Positions 29,725 through 40,310 of a stretch of DNA of 64,000 nt are shown piece by piece. The notes beneath the pieces are model-generated. The model was not told the origin of the DNA. It ran no database searches and saw nothing but the letters and a program-made list of their open reading frames with translations. Each line of letters starts with the position of its first letter. Position 1 is the stretch's first letter. A program made the translations under genes and the position numbers. This DNA is from an uncultured Candidatus Saccharibacteria bacterium (GTDB lineage: Bacteria > Patescibacteriota > Doudnabacteria > UBA920), in NCBI GenBank assembly GCA_964505635.1, contig CAZDIP010000001.1, forward strand, positions 40,174 to 104,173, given 5' to 3'.

Positions 29725-30240
29725 ATGAATATTCCAAAGTTTACAAAAAATCAGTGGATTGCAATTGCAGCAATAGTCGTGCCGGCTATTTTAGGATTTA
29801 TTTACTTTATTTTCCAAAAATCTAGCCTTATCCAATCAGGTAAAATTAATACAATTGGGCAATCTGGCGGTACTAATTTAGTCATAAATGATGAAGCAAC
29901 ATATACTTGGGTGAATGAAACAAATTGGAAACCAGATGGAAAACAGGTCAACTTGTTATTTATTGCAAATGGACCTGTTATACCAGTAAGTCCCTGTTTA
30001 TATATTGATTCTGATGCAGAAGTCAAAAATGCTGGTCCAATTGGCTATTCTGTGCGTTGGCAAAAAATCGATCCCCCAAAGAACTATGTTGGATGTTTTA
30101 GCGGTCTTAACAATACAACTACATTCCAAGTATTTTTTGACAAGACACCAACTAAAATTAAGGCAAGCTTGATACAGGAAGATACAGGAATTAACAATAA
30201 TAAAACAGAAACACATTTTACAGCTCCTGTATTTCAATGA
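29725..30240 (+). CDS. Membrane-anchored hypothetical protein
   Basis: N-terminal TM, 171 aa. Confidence 0.65.
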   Translation: MNIPKFTKNQWIAIAAIVVPAILGFIYFIFQKSSLIQSGKINTIGQSGGTNLVINDEATYTWVNETNWKPDGKQVNLLFIANGPVIPVSPCLYIDSDAEVKNAGPIGYSVRWQKIDPPKNYVGCFSGLNNTTTFQVFFDKTPTKIKASLIQEDTGINNNKTETHFTAPVFQ

Positions 30241-30474
30241 AAACGACCCTAACCGGGGCGCATCAAAGAAAAACCTCAAAAAACCCTTACAATATCCCTA
30301 AAGGCTTGGTTCTAAACCGAGTCACACAGCTACGAAAAATCACTAATAAACATCGGTGGTTTTTTGTTGAATAGTCAGTAGCTTACTAACTTTTTTGGAT
30401 GATATATAATTTATTTATAAAGATTAACGTTCGCTAAAAAGAATTATAAAAATAATAATTCTATTAACTGAATT

Positions 30475-30903
30475 ATGTTACCTGACGAAAAATCTCAACG
30501 TTTTGTAGCTATTTTGAATAAAAAAATTGAAACAGGCAAACTTATGAATGCCTTAGGTCATATGACAGCTGGCTTGGCCGGTGGTTTTGGCAAAGGTCAG
30601 GAAATGCACTTTTTGGAGTACAAAGATAAAGATGGCGGTGTTCACCCGTATATATCGCACTTTCCTTTTATAGTTCTCAAAGCGGAAAATTCTAATCAAA
30701 TTCGAAAGATCAGGAATGAAGCCTTATCGCGTAATGTAATGTTTACAGACTTCACTAGCACAATGACTGTTGGAACTTCGGCAGAGCAGCGGGAACGAAC
30801 AAAAAATACGCCGGAATTAGAATTGGAGTATTATGGCATTTGTTTGTTTGGCCAGACCGATACTTTAAAAGAGTTTACAGGGAAATTTTCCTTATTTAAT
30901 TAA
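30475..30903 (+). CDS. DUF2000-like protein
   Basis: GKLMNALGH..Y.DKDGGVH..PFIVLKA..DF..YYGICLFG. Confidence 0.75.
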   Translation: MLPDEKSQRFVAILNKKIETGKLMNALGHMTAGLAGGFGKGQEMHFLEYKDKDGGVHPYISHFPFIVLKAENSNQIRKIRNEALSRNVMFTDFTSTMTVGTSAEQRERTKNTPELELEYYGICLFGQTDTLKEFTGKFSLFN

Positions 30904-31003
30904 GTATTTAAATAATTTTTTATTAAAAACGCCACCCTTCAAGTTTATAATTTATATTAAAACAAACCGCCAAAAAGGCGGTTTTGTGTTAAAATTAACT
31001 CAT

Positions 31004-31867
31004 ATGGAATATGAGCAGAATATAAGAGTAAATAGCCGGAATTTTTCATTGTTAGAGGCGCAAAGGGGTGGCTGCGCTATTTATGCTGGCGATGACTGTT
31101 TTTTAAGAATGGGCCTGCCGCAAAAGCTTTTAAAAGATTTAAAATTGCATAAGCAAATGGAGGGATTGGGTTTTCCGGTCGCCAGGCTGTTAGAAGAGGG
31201 GAAGTTTAAAGATTTTTCGTATTTTATAGAAGAATCTTTGGGACAAGAACATTTTGGGCGAATATTTAAAAATGACACCCAAAAGTTAGGTCATGTTTCA
31301 GACGAATTTTTTGCTAAATTTCTGGATGTTTGTTTAAAATTTGCCAAGGCTCAGCTTAAAAGTGTTGTTACCGGCAAAGACTGGCCTGGGTTTGAATATG
31401 GTATTCATTTGGACATTTTAGTTCAGGAATTGCCAAAAGAAAAAAAAGCTATTTTGATTAAATACGAAGCTTGCAGGGAGAAATTAAAAGTGTTTCCTTT
31501 TGGTATTTTGCACGGCGATTTCACCCCGTTTAATATTTGTCCAAAAGGCGTAATGGATTTGGAGGATTCTTTTTTAGGTCCCGTCGCTTTTGACATAAGC
31601 TCTCTTATGAGACTTCAGGATTGGTTTCCAGACACCTCAAACGACGAGTATCATAAAGTTTATAGGTTAACGCTTGAACAAAAAAATAATTTTATTTCAG
31701 CAGTGGATGATTTGTATGCAATAAATAATTTACCCAAACCTTCTTTGTTTGAAGAAGAATTCAATTTTTTAAAGGGAGTTTGGTTTTGTGTGCGCATGCA
31801 ACATATGCCGGAATTGCAAAGTTTTAGGTATAAAAAATTGTTAAGCTTGCTTTATGCCCAAAGTTAG
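31004..31867 (+). CDS. Aminoglycoside-phosphotransferase/kinase-like protein
   Basis: LHGDFTPFN, DLED. Confidence 0.75.
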   Translation: MEYEQNIRVNSRNFSLLEAQRGGCAIYAGDDCFLRMGLPQKLLKDLKLHKQMEGLGFPVARLLEEGKFKDFSYFIEESLGQEHFGRIFKNDTQKLGHVSDEFFAKFLDVCLKFAKAQLKSVVTGKDWPGFEYGIHLDILVQELPKEKKAILIKYEACREKLKVFPFGILHGDFTPFNICPKGVMDLEDSFLGPVAFDISSLMRLQDWFPDTSNDEYHKVYRLTLEQKNNFISAVDDLYAINNLPKPSLFEEEFNFLKGVWFCVRMQHMPELQSFRYKKLLSLLYAQS

Positions 31868-32435
31868 GCTGAAAAAAATATTCAAATGGTTTTTTATATG
31901 TTTAGCCTCGCTGTTTTTGCTAAACGCGCTTACCATCGCGTTTTTTGCCAACTTCAGGCCGCAAATTAAGCAGGCCGACGCCATAATAGTTTTGGGCGCG
32001 GCCATAAACACGCCCGCGCTTTACAACCGCAGTCTTAAGGCTTTGGAGCTTTATGAGCAAAAAAAAGCGCCTTTACTGCTTTTGTCCGGAGGAAGAATAT
32101 CGCCCAAATTTATTTCCGAGGCTACCTACATGCAAAGAACCATGCAGTCCAAAGCCACCGCCCCTTTGAATTTGGTTTTAGAGGAAGAATCTTCCAATAC
32201 CTTTGAAAATTTTAAATTTACCAAGGAAAAGTCCGGAGAGGTAAAAAGCCTAATTGTGGTAAGCGATGAGTTCCATTTGGCCAGGGCGGTTTTGGTTGCT
32301 TTAAAAAGCGGTTTTTATCCGGTTTACTGGGACGCGCCAGAGCCTAATTACTACAAGAACAAAGAGTTAACGTTTTATTATATTCGTGAATTTTTTGCCA
32401 TGTTTTCCTATTTGCCGAAATTTGTTTGGAAATAG
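31854..32435 (+). CDS. YdcF/DUF218 family protein
   Basis: DAIIVLGA, LSGG, EEESSNTFEN, SDEFHLARA. Confidence 0.9.
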   Translation: MPKVRLKKIFKWFFICLASLFLLNALTIAFFANFRPQIKQADAIIVLGAAINTPALYNRSLKALELYEQKKAPLLLLSGGRISPKFISEATYMQRTMQSKATAPLNLVLEEESSNTFENFKFTKEKSGEVKSLIVVSDEFHLARAVLVALKSGFYPVYWDAPEPNYYKNKELTFYYIREFFAMFSYLPKFVWK

Positions 32436-32520
32436 GAAAAGCCGGCGGTTCGCTTACGTGATGCGTGCCGCCGGCTCTTAGTTAGTTTGCCTATTGTTTT
32501 GCCGCTATTCGGCGGCAGAA

Positions 32521-33756
32521 CTAAATCGAGTAGGTGCGACCTTTGTGTTGGTCGATCAGGATCTGGAAGAGTCGGTGGCCGATCAATTCATGCAGCGTCA
32601 GTAGTTCCTTGTGCGCTTCCGTGATGGCCGCAACATCGCGCGGGTCAGAAACTTCGCCGCCTGCTTTCAATGCATCGGTGGCTTCGCGGATGACGGGATC
32701 TTCCAGGACTTCTCCCGCCATCTCCCAAAGAGTAATGAAGCGATCGACGGCGGTGGGGAAGCTGACAGCAAATACTCCCCAGTTGCTGGTGGTGCGCGGC
32801 GGCTTGTAGTCAAGGTTGAACGGTCCGTTGTAGCCGTGGCTGCGAAGCAGGATAAGCACATTTAGCCAATCGAGAGGATTCACCAACCCGACGGCGATGT
32901 CGACGTCGTGTTTGAGGCGATAGCCGTCATTGATGTCGAAGTGCCACAGCTTACCTGCGCTGATAGCGCGGGCAAGGGCTGCGCGCGGGGCGCCGCCCCA
33001 CATCAGTTCGTGCAAATATTCCGGGTTGAGCCCCACCATTTCGGGATGCTTCAGCAGGCCACTGCCGATGAAAGCGAGCATGGAGTCGGAAGTGGGCAGC
33101 AGAATTTCGGCCTGGGGTTCAAACGGCTTGGCCTCCATGCAGTGCTTCAGTGTGGGTTGCCCCAATTTGCCGGCGAGTTCAATATCGGCTTCGCAGGCGG
33201 CATTGAGACCCTCGGCGTACCACTGCAATGCTTGGGTCTCTTCCACGGCTCCCTGGATCTGGTAGCCGAAGGAGCCGGGCCAGTAAACAGCGAATCGCGC
33301 GCCCAACTCGTGGCCGATTTTGACAGTATTCTTGAGGCGCTCGGCGGCGTATTGGCGAACGTAGGGGGATTCCGCGGCGGGTCCGGCGGAAAACACGGCG
33401 TGGTAGAAAGTTTCGGTGGTGACCATGGAGCAGGCGAGTCCGTTGGCCTTAAGTGTGTCGCCGATGCGTCCGACGATTTCATCCTGCTTGCTGGTGAAGA
33501 GATTGCCCGCTGGGATGACGTCCGTGTCATGGGTGGCCCAGTAGCCAATGCCGATTTCGGCATAGTGGCGGATGACTTCTTCGAAGGTGACGGGCTTGCG
33601 GGTGGGGGCGTGAAAGAGAGCTTGGCCTTCATAGGCGCCGGCCCATTGGGGCCCCGTGATGAAGTACTTGCGGCGCTGGTCCGGAGAGTAAGAACCGCCG
33701 CACGAACGCACTAGGCGTTCGACCAGCGGAAGCTGGTACTCTAATTTAATAGGCAT
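32521..33756 (-). CDS. Xylose isomerase-like TIM-barrel protein (class I XylA-like)
   Basis: THDTD, EAKPFEP, NPEYLHE, WHFDIND, DYKPPRT resemble XylA metal motifs; start MPIKL after AGGAGG; GC-rich. Confidence 0.8.
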   Translation of the reverse strand: MPIKLEYQLPLVERLVRSCGGSYSPDQRRKYFITGPQWAGAYEGQALFHAPTRKPVTFEEVIRHYAEIGIGYWATHDTDVIPAGNLFTSKQDEIVGRIGDTLKANGLACSMVTTETFYHAVFSAGPAAESPYVRQYAAERLKNTVKIGHELGARFAVYWPGSFGYQIQGAVEETQALQWYAEGLNAACEADIELAGKLGQPTLKHCMEAKPFEPQAEILLPTSDSMLAFIGSGLLKHPEMVGLNPEYLHELMWGGAPRAALARAISAGKLWHFDINDGYRLKHDVDIAVGLVNPLDWLNVLILLRSHGYNGPFNLDYKPPRTTSNWGVFAVSFPTAVDRFITLWEMAGEVLEDPVIREATDALKAGGEVSDPRDVAAITEAHKELLTLHELIGHRLFQILIDQHKGRTYSI

Positions 33757-34009
33757 AGTTTTCCTCCTATGCTTTTTGTTTTCCGTCTGTCTTCGGAAAG
33801 TAAATAAATTGCCTGAAAATAGGGAGACAGACCCCTTTAAGCAAAAAATCAAGCCAATGCTTGACCTTTTATCTTAATGGTTTTTTCGTGCCTTTGTCAA
33901 TTATGGTTTTTAATTGTGAGTAAAAATGTAGTTGACGATTTTGTATTAAAGTGTTAAACTATATTTAGTTTCTCACAGAAGCGGTTTCCGCCTCTGGAGG
34001 ATAATAAAT

Positions 34010-34150
34010 ATCCAATGACAGTTGGTCCCCGCCCCTCGTTGAGAGGCGGAGTTAATTCCCATTAAGGGAGCCCACCGAGGAATCTAATTAGCGTTTAGCG
34101 CAAAAGCGCCTAGCGTTTAGAATTTCACTCGGCTTGCCCGAGTTTTTTAT
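34010..34150 (+). promoter_or_regulatory. Ribosomal protein L10 leader with terminator
   Basis: GACAGTTGG...TTAA...CCCACCGAGG pattern and CTCGG-CTTGC-CCGAG-TTTTTT upstream of rplJ. Confidence 0.7.
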
Positions 34151-34268
34151 TAGGATATTTAACTCAAAGGTCGATTTATAGAAACTTGTAACAAGTAATT
34201 AATAACTTATAACAGATTTCGGAGCAGGTTACTTGTTATAAATTATTAGTTACAAGTTAATTCAAATT

Positions 34269-34784
34269 ATGTCAAAATCTAAATCTCAAAAACAGACCGA
34301 TTTGCAGGAACTGACCGACAAGGTCAAGGCTGCCAAGTCAATAGTGTTTACCGACTATCGCGGTACCACGGTTAAAGACATGGACAAATTGCGCAAAGCT
34401 TTGCGCAAAGAAAATGTTTTTTCCAAAGTCTATAAAATTACCTTGGTAAAAAAAGCTTTGGAAGCCAACCAAATTGACGCAAAAAGCATAGACTACAAAA
34501 CCCCGGTCATTTTGTCAGTTTCCCAAGACGACGAAACCACGCCGGCCCGGGTTATTAAAAATCTTTTAAAGGATTTAAAAACCGTCTCTATTATAGAGGG
34601 TGTGGTGGACGGAAAAATAATTTCCAAAAGCCAGGTTACGGCTTTGGCCGACTTGCCTTCCAAGGACCAGTTAAGGGCTCAGGTAGTAGGAACAATTAAC
34701 GCTCCTATTAGCGGCTTTGTTAACGTTTTGGCCGGCAACATTAGAGGCTTGGTAAATGTGCTTAATGCAATAGCAACCAAATAG
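34269..34784 (+). CDS. rplJ: 50S ribosomal protein L10
   Basis: DYRG..LRKALR..LADLPSKDQL. Confidence 0.96.
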   Translation: MSKSKSQKQTDLQELTDKVKAAKSIVFTDYRGTTVKDMDKLRKALRKENVFSKVYKITLVKKALEANQIDAKSIDYKTPVILSVSQDDETTPARVIKNLLKDLKTVSIIEGVVDGKIISKSQVTALADLPSKDQLRAQVVGTINAPISGFVNVLAGNIRGLVNVLNAIATK

Positions 34785-34866
34785 CAGCAAGGGTTTAGTA
34801 GCTAGTATAAAGCTTAATACTTACTTCTTGCTACTTAATACTAATTAATATTTTGAAAGGAAATTT

Positions 34867-35274
34867 ATGTCAGAAGAAAATAAAGTAGAAGTTCCGGAAA
34901 AGTTCAAAGCTTTGGTGGAACAAATTGAAAAATTATCGGTTTTGGAACTCTCCGAACTGGTAAAAGTTTTGGAAGGTAAGTTTGGCGTTTCAGCCGCTGC
35001 TCCTATGATGATGGGCGCCATGCCTGCCGGAGCTGGCGCAGCTGCCCCGGCTGCCGAAGAAAAGACCGAATTCACAGTTGAATTGGCCGATGCCGGCGCA
35101 AACAAAATAAACGTGATTAAAGTTGTTCGCGAAGTAACCGGTCTTGGACTTAAAGAAGCCAAAGATATTGTGGACGCCGCTCCAAAAGTAGTTAAAGAAA
35201 ATATGCCGAAAGCCGACGCTGAAGGCTTAAAAAAGAAATTGGAAGAAGCCGGCGCAAAAGTGAATTTAAAATAA
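34867..35274 (+). CDS. rplL: 50S ribosomal protein L7/L12
   Basis: [28 protein letters not shown]. Confidence 0.98.
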   Translation: MSEENKVEVPEKFKALVEQIEKLSVLELSELVKVLEGKFGVSAAAPMMMGAMPAGAGAAAPAAEEKTEFTVELADAGANKINVIKVVREVTGLGLKEAKDIVDAAPKVVKENMPKADAEGLKKKLEEAGAKVNLK

Positions 35275-35339
35275 TTTTTAGAATAAAATTATTTTAAATT
35301 CATCCTGAGCGAGCGCTAGCGAGCGAAGGATCTTTATAA

Positions 35340-35365
35340 AACCACCCGTCAAAACGGGTGGTTTT
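35340..35365. terminator. Bidirectional terminator-like hairpin
   Basis: AACCACCCG-TCAAAA-CGGGTGGTTTT between convergent genes. Confidence 0.65.
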
Positions 35366-36251
35366 ATGTTGTCTGCTTGTCAGGTCTTGTCAAAAAATAA
35401 ACCCCGCACAGCATGGGCGCGATTGCGGCTAGCTGCCAAAATTGAGGAAGCTCTTTTATTATTAAATAGGAAAAAAGCATGGTTAAAAAAGGGCGAATGC
35501 TTGCCAGGGCATTGGCTTTGGTCACTGAAATCCGTAAAATTGATTCCAGCCAGAAAATTTTGGAAACGCCCAAAATCACCACCCCGTTAAAAATTAAAAA
35601 TAAAAGCAGGCTTAAATTTACGGCAGGCAAATTAAAACCGTGAAAAATAAAAGCCAGCAAGAAAATAAACGGCAGGGACATGGCTGTTCGCATCAGCATA
35701 AGGCTTTCACCGCTGATTTGCCGGCGGATTTTGCGCTGTAAAAAATTGCCCATGGGCGGGAGCGCGGTACAGAGCAAGATGAGCAAGTCGCCTTTATTAA
35801 AATCCAATTTTTGCATCTGCGGGTAAAAAATTAACAAAGTGCTCAGCAGCATCAATCCGGCTCCAAACAGATGCGCTTTAGTCAGGGACTCTTTTTTCCA
35901 GACATTGAAAAATAGGAAACTGAAAAAAAGTTCCATTTGCAGAATAATACCCGAGTTGTTGGCCGAAGTATAATTAAGCCCCCAAAAGTAAAGCCCATAG
36001 TAACCAACGCCAATTAATAACGCAACACCCAGCGCGTCTTTTATGATTTGGCGATTTTTCAGCTCGCCGAATTTATTTTTTAAAAATACCCAGAAAGCGA
36101 AAAATAGGGCGCTAAGCGCCAGGCTGTAAGCGAGGGAAAACAGGGGTTTTAAAATGGAAAATGAAAGCAGGGTTACAATGGGTAAAAGGCTGTTTATAAG
36201 AGATTCTGCCAAAATGGCCAGTTCGCCTTTGCGGGTTTCGGTTAAGTTCAT
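35364..36251 (-). CDS. EamA/DMT family transporter
   Basis: About ten TM segments, duplicated EamA pattern. Confidence 0.85.
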   Translation of the reverse strand: MNLTETRKGELAILAESLINSLLPIVTLLSFSILKPLFSLAYSLALSALFFAFWVFLKNKFGELKNRQIIKDALGVALLIGVGYYGLYFWGLNYTSANNSGIILQMELFFSFLFFNVWKKESLTKAHLFGAGLMLLSTLLIFYPQMQKLDFNKGDLLILLCTALPPMGNFLQRKIRRQISGESLMLMRTAMSLPFIFLLAFIFHGFNLPAVNLSLLLFLIFNGVVILGVSKIFWLESILRISVTKANALASIRPFLTMLFSYLIIKELPQFWQLAAIAPMLCGVYFLTRPDKQTT

Positions 36252-36320
36252 ATTTTAAAATTATAACACAAGCCTTGAAAAAATAAGTGAAAAATGGGAA
36301 AATACATAGGCTAAAAAATT

Positions 36321-37610
36321 ATGGCAAAAGAATTAATTGATCTAAATAAAACCATAAACTTAGGGTTTTGGCAGAAGTTGCCTAAACCGGTTTTTTGCCT
36401 TGCGCCTATGGAAGAGGTAACAGACGTGGTGTTTAGGGAAATGTTTGCGAGGTATAGTGGCGGTAGAGAAAAAAATGTTCTTCGACCTAACGGAGAAGAT
36501 ATTTTTTCTGATGAAAATAAAAATATTAGATTCTCCACAAGAGCCTGTCCTGAGCCTGCCGAAGGGTCGAATATTAACATTTTAAATAACTTTGTCATGT
36601 TTACGGAATTTATAAACGTAGACGGAATACTACATCCCACGGGTTTTGAGCGTTTAAAAATTGACTTGGAATATACAGAAAACCAAAGGCCAATTGTCGT
36701 ACAAATTTGGGGCACTGACCCGGAAAAGTTTTTTAAGGCCGCGCAGTTAATGGTTAAAATGGGTTTTGATGGCATAGATATAAATATGGGTTGTCCGCAG
36801 GACAAAGAAATTGGCATTGGCGCGTGCGCAGCTTTAATACGCAACCCAAAATTAGCATCGCAAATTATTGAAGCAACCATAAAGGGTGCCCGCCTGCAGT
36901 CGCCTTCGGCTCCAGCAAATGGCGGGCAGGCCGGCAGTTTGCCGGTTTCCGTTAAAACCCGTACCGGATATTCTAAACCTGAAACCGAAGCATGGATTGC
37001 TCATTTGCTTAAGCATGGCTTAGCCGCAATAACTTTACACGCCAGGACAAAACTGGAAAAAAGTAAAGTGCCGGCGCAGTGGGAAGAAGTTAAAAAAGCG
37101 GTTGATGTCAGAAATGCTATGCAATCGCAAACCTTAATTATTGGCAATGGCGATGTAAAAAACAGAGAGGAAGGTTTAAAAAGAATAGAGGAGACCGGCT
37201 GCGACGGGGTTATGATAGCGCGTGGAGCTTTTGGGCACCCATGGATATTTAGAACTATTGAGAGGGAAAACCCAAAAGAGGGTTTTTCCCTCTCAACGTC
37301 CCAGACTTCGTCTGGGACTGCTCTCCCTTTCCAAAGTTTTAATAGCCCCGAAGTAAATTCGACGGCTATTAAGTCAACAAAAAGTTATCAACCCTCAGCA
37401 AAAGAACGCCTTATGGTAATGCTTGAGCATGCCAGGCTGTTTGACGCAAAATTAGGCAAAGAAAAATCTTTTGTGATTATGCGAAAACATTTTAAATCGT
37501 ATTTAAGCGGGTTTGACGGCGCGGCTGAGCTTAGGGCAAAGCTTCTAGAAACAAAAAACCTTCAGGAAACAGAAGGTATTTTGGCAGAGTTTTTAAAAAG
37601 TTTTAGTTAG
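36321..37610 (+). CDS. tRNA-dihydrouridine synthase (Dus family) with several in-frame palindromic insertions
   Basis: LAPM, DINMGCP, SVKTR, LHART, GNGD, GVMIARG, MRKH. Confidence 0.93.
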   Translation: MAKELIDLNKTINLGFWQKLPKPVFCLAPMEEVTDVVFREMFARYSGGREKNVLRPNGEDIFSDENKNIRFSTRACPEPAEGSNINILNNFVMFTEFINVDGILHPTGFERLKIDLEYTENQRPIVVQIWGTDPEKFFKAAQLMVKMGFDGIDINMGCPQDKEIGIGACAALIRNPKLASQIIEATIKGARLQSPSAPANGGQAGSLPVSVKTRTGYSKPETEAWIAHLLKHGLAAITLHARTKLEKSKVPAQWEEVKKAVDVRNAMQSQTLIIGNGDVKNREEGLKRIEETGCDGVMIARGAFGHPWIFRTIERENPKEGFSLSTSQTSSGTALPFQSFNSPEVNSTAIKSTKSYQPSAKERLMVMLEHARLFDAKLGKEKSFVIMRKHFKSYLSGFDGAAELRAKLLETKNLQETEGILAEFLKSFS

Positions 37611-39625
37611 GGCAGGGTTGCTTTTAAAAGGCTGGAGTCATTTAAAATATAAACAGTTTTTGAAGGTTCATCCACGTAAAAATCTTTTAAATTGTTAAAC
37701 GCGGGATTTTTGTAGGTGGCAACAAGGTTGGCTTTTTTGTCTATAACCACAAGCCTGTTGTTTTGTATATCTAACAAGTAAATATTTTTCCAGTCTTTTA
37801 AAGTTTGAATTTTTCCGGGGCCGGAAAATTTATCAAATAAAAAAGGCAGGTTAAAGTCCGCCAGTTTGCCGGATTGAAATTTTAAAATATTATTTTGGGT
37901 AAGCACGTAAATACTGCCGTCAATTGCTAAATCCTGGGCACTTTCTAAAGTCTCATATTTTACAGAAATAACCGGTTTGGAAATTTCGCTGCCGACTAAA
38001 AAGCTGGTTATTTGTTTTTGCAGCTTATCAATTACATAAACCCTGGAGTTGGTGGAATAAAATTTAATTCCTCCGAAATCAGCTTCAGCCGGAACATTCT
38101 GGGTAAAAGCCTTGGAAAAGAATTTTTTTTCAAACTCCCAAACCAAAAGCGCGCTTTTGTTATAAATCACGGCTGTCTGGTCTTTTATATACACCGCATC
38201 CGCAATACTTTCCGAAGACATTAAAACCCCATCCTGAACGGTTTTATCCGATAAATTATAACTGACAATACTGTTGCCGGATTGGGCTCCCAGGAAATTA
38301 TTAAGCTTAAAAAGTTTTTGTCCCGAACCTAAATTACCCAAGTTGTTAACGGCAATCTCAGACTCTTTTTGGTAGCCTGAAGTTAAGTCGGTAAACTGTT
38401 TTTTTAAGGCATTTAAATTTTCTTTACCCTGCTCGCTTAGGCTCTCTTCCGGCATGGCCAGAAGAGTTTGGGCTTTTTGCAGCGCGTCCACCGCATTTTT
38501 TTCTTCTTTATACAAAACATAGGTTTCGGCATCGGACAAAAGTTTTTGGATTTCATTTAAAGACTGTTCTACCTCTGTCTGGGAAATTTTTGTTTTTTTG
38601 GTTTTTGCCGCCAAATAAATATTAACTATCCCGGCTAACAGCAGCAAAAAAATGGAGATAAACAAAAATTTTTTCCAGGGCGAGTAGGCCTTAAATTCAG
38701 CCAGGTTAACTTTTCTTTTTCCGGCTTCGTAGGTTTTTTCTACGGCTCGCTGGCTTTTGCCGAGCATGCTTCTGGCCTGGTCGTTTAAGCGTTTTAAGCG
38801 GTCAGTTATTTTGATTTTAGGCAGCTCAGTAGCCGGTTTGCGTTTGTTTTTGGCTAATGCCAGGGTATCTTTAAAAAAATTCATTGCCGAACTGAAAACC
38901 GCTAAACTTTTGCTCGGCGGTTCAACAACATAATTCTCCAAATCAATTTCTTCGTCCTGAATTTTGCCTAAAGGCACCTGCTGGTTTAAAAGTGTTGCGA
39001 AAGCAACTTCCGGTCCCGCGTTGTTTTTTAAAATCTCAATTATTTTTTGAGTTGCGGTTAAAAACTGATTTTCTTCCAAAATTTTTTTAAGCCTGTCCAG
39101 GGAAACGTGATTTAAAAGCTGCGAGGTAGAAAAAATTATAATGTCGTCAAGTTTAATTTTTCCAGTAGCCAGGTTTTCAAAAGTTTTTAGCGGGTGAGGA
39201 TCTTTGCTTGAGCAGGAAATGTCGGTGAATTCCCCGTTCCTGAACAAGAAAGCGGCAATTTTGCCCGCGGTGGCAATGTGCAAAACCCCATTTTCTTTTA
39301 CCGCAATAACCGCGCCCAGCTTTTCCAGCCAGTTGCCTTGCCCAAGACTAACCAGCTTGCCGACTTCCTCGTTAATTTCCGAGACCGCATTTTCAAAACC
39401 GGCCTTCGGGTTTTTTTTGTAGGCTCGTTTTAATGTTGCGCTTAGGCTTTGGCAGATTTGTTCGCATGACTCCAAGGCGGCTGGATTTAGCATCGGCAAT
39501 TCTGCCACTGAGTAAAGCTCAGCTTCGCTGCCAGGCGCTTTTTCTGCCGAGCAATGCACATAACTGCTGGTTTTTTTAAAGTTCCCCAGTTGGATTTTCG
39601 CAATTTGGCTTTCAGTTTTTTCCAT
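37607..39625 (-). CDS. Hypothetical membrane protein with C-terminal beta-propeller-like repeats
   Basis: 672 aa, central TM, NHL-like YVID/AIDGSIYVL repeats. Confidence 0.75.
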   Translation of the reverse strand: MEKTESQIAKIQLGNFKKTSSYVHCSAEKAPGSEAELYSVAELPMLNPAALESCEQICQSLSATLKRAYKKNPKAGFENAVSEINEEVGKLVSLGQGNWLEKLGAVIAVKENGVLHIATAGKIAAFLFRNGEFTDISCSSKDPHPLKTFENLATGKIKLDDIIIFSTSQLLNHVSLDRLKKILEENQFLTATQKIIEILKNNAGPEVAFATLLNQQVPLGKIQDEEIDLENYVVEPPSKSLAVFSSAMNFFKDTLALAKNKRKPATELPKIKITDRLKRLNDQARSMLGKSQRAVEKTYEAGKRKVNLAEFKAYSPWKKFLFISIFLLLLAGIVNIYLAAKTKKTKISQTEVEQSLNEIQKLLSDAETYVLYKEEKNAVDALQKAQTLLAMPEESLSEQGKENLNALKKQFTDLTSGYQKESEIAVNNLGNLGSGQKLFKLNNFLGAQSGNSIVSYNLSDKTVQDGVLMSSESIADAVYIKDQTAVIYNKSALLVWEFEKKFFSKAFTQNVPAEADFGGIKFYSTNSRVYVIDKLQKQITSFLVGSEISKPVISVKYETLESAQDLAIDGSIYVLTQNNILKFQSGKLADFNLPFLFDKFSGPGKIQTLKDWKNIYLLDIQNNRLVVIDKKANLVATYKNPAFNNLKDFYVDEPSKTVYILNDSSLLKATLP

Positions 39626-39737
39626 TATATTCTGGAGTTATTGCGTTCATAAATGTTTATGCTTACAATCTTTATTATTATACAACATTTTTGATGAAAA
39701 GAAAAATATGTTATACTTTTAAGGTAATATTCTTTAA

Positions 39738-40298
39738 ATGCTAGAAGATATAGTAGATTCAAAAATAGATTCCTCAATTTTGGCCTTCTTTTTGGCTGCG
39801 CCGGTAAGAAGTTACGGGGTTTTGGAAGTTTCCAGACGCTTAGGCTTTCCAATTCAAAAGACAGCCCGAGCCTTAAGCAGCATGTCCAAAAGTTCGCAAA
39901 TCAAAATTTTTCATAAAAAAGGGAAAAGCTATTATTTGCTGAATGAAAAGTACAAGCTGCTGCCCGCTTTGTCTTCCGCGCTTTTAAAGAACGCGCCTAA
40001 ATACCAAGACGAACTTTTTATTGCCATAAAAAAATTGGGCACTGTAAAGGCCGCCTTTCTTTCCGGCTTGTTTACCGGCTACGCAAATTTACCAGTTGAT
40101 ATTTTACTGGTGGGCAAAATTAACTTAAAGAAACTGGATATATTTTTAACCCAATTACAGAAGCTTATGGGCCAGGAAATTAATTACAGCATTATGTCGG
40201 AAGATGAATTTTTATTGAGACGCGATACTTTTGACCGGTTTATAAAAGATATTTTTGACTACCGCCATTTGGTTGTATGCGATAATTTAAAAAAGTAA
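39738..40298 (+). CDS. Winged-HTH plus nucleotidyltransferase-like protein
   Basis: N-terminal HTH, LSG..VDILLVG..EINY. Confidence 0.75.
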   Translation: MLEDIVDSKIDSSILAFFLAAPVRSYGVLEVSRRLGFPIQKTARALSSMSKSSQIKIFHKKGKSYYLLNEKYKLLPALSSALLKNAPKYQDELFIAIKKLGTVKAAFLSGLFTGYANLPVDILLVGKINLKKLDIFLTQLQKLMGQEINYSIMSEDEFLLRRDTFDRFIKDIFDYRHLVVCDNLKK

Positions 40299-40310
40299 CT
40301 TAAACAGATT

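Noticed and set aside
32534-33714. Long overlapping ORFs on other frames of the xylose isomerase-like gene
   Set aside because: Shadow ORFs expected from high GC; no recognisable motifs
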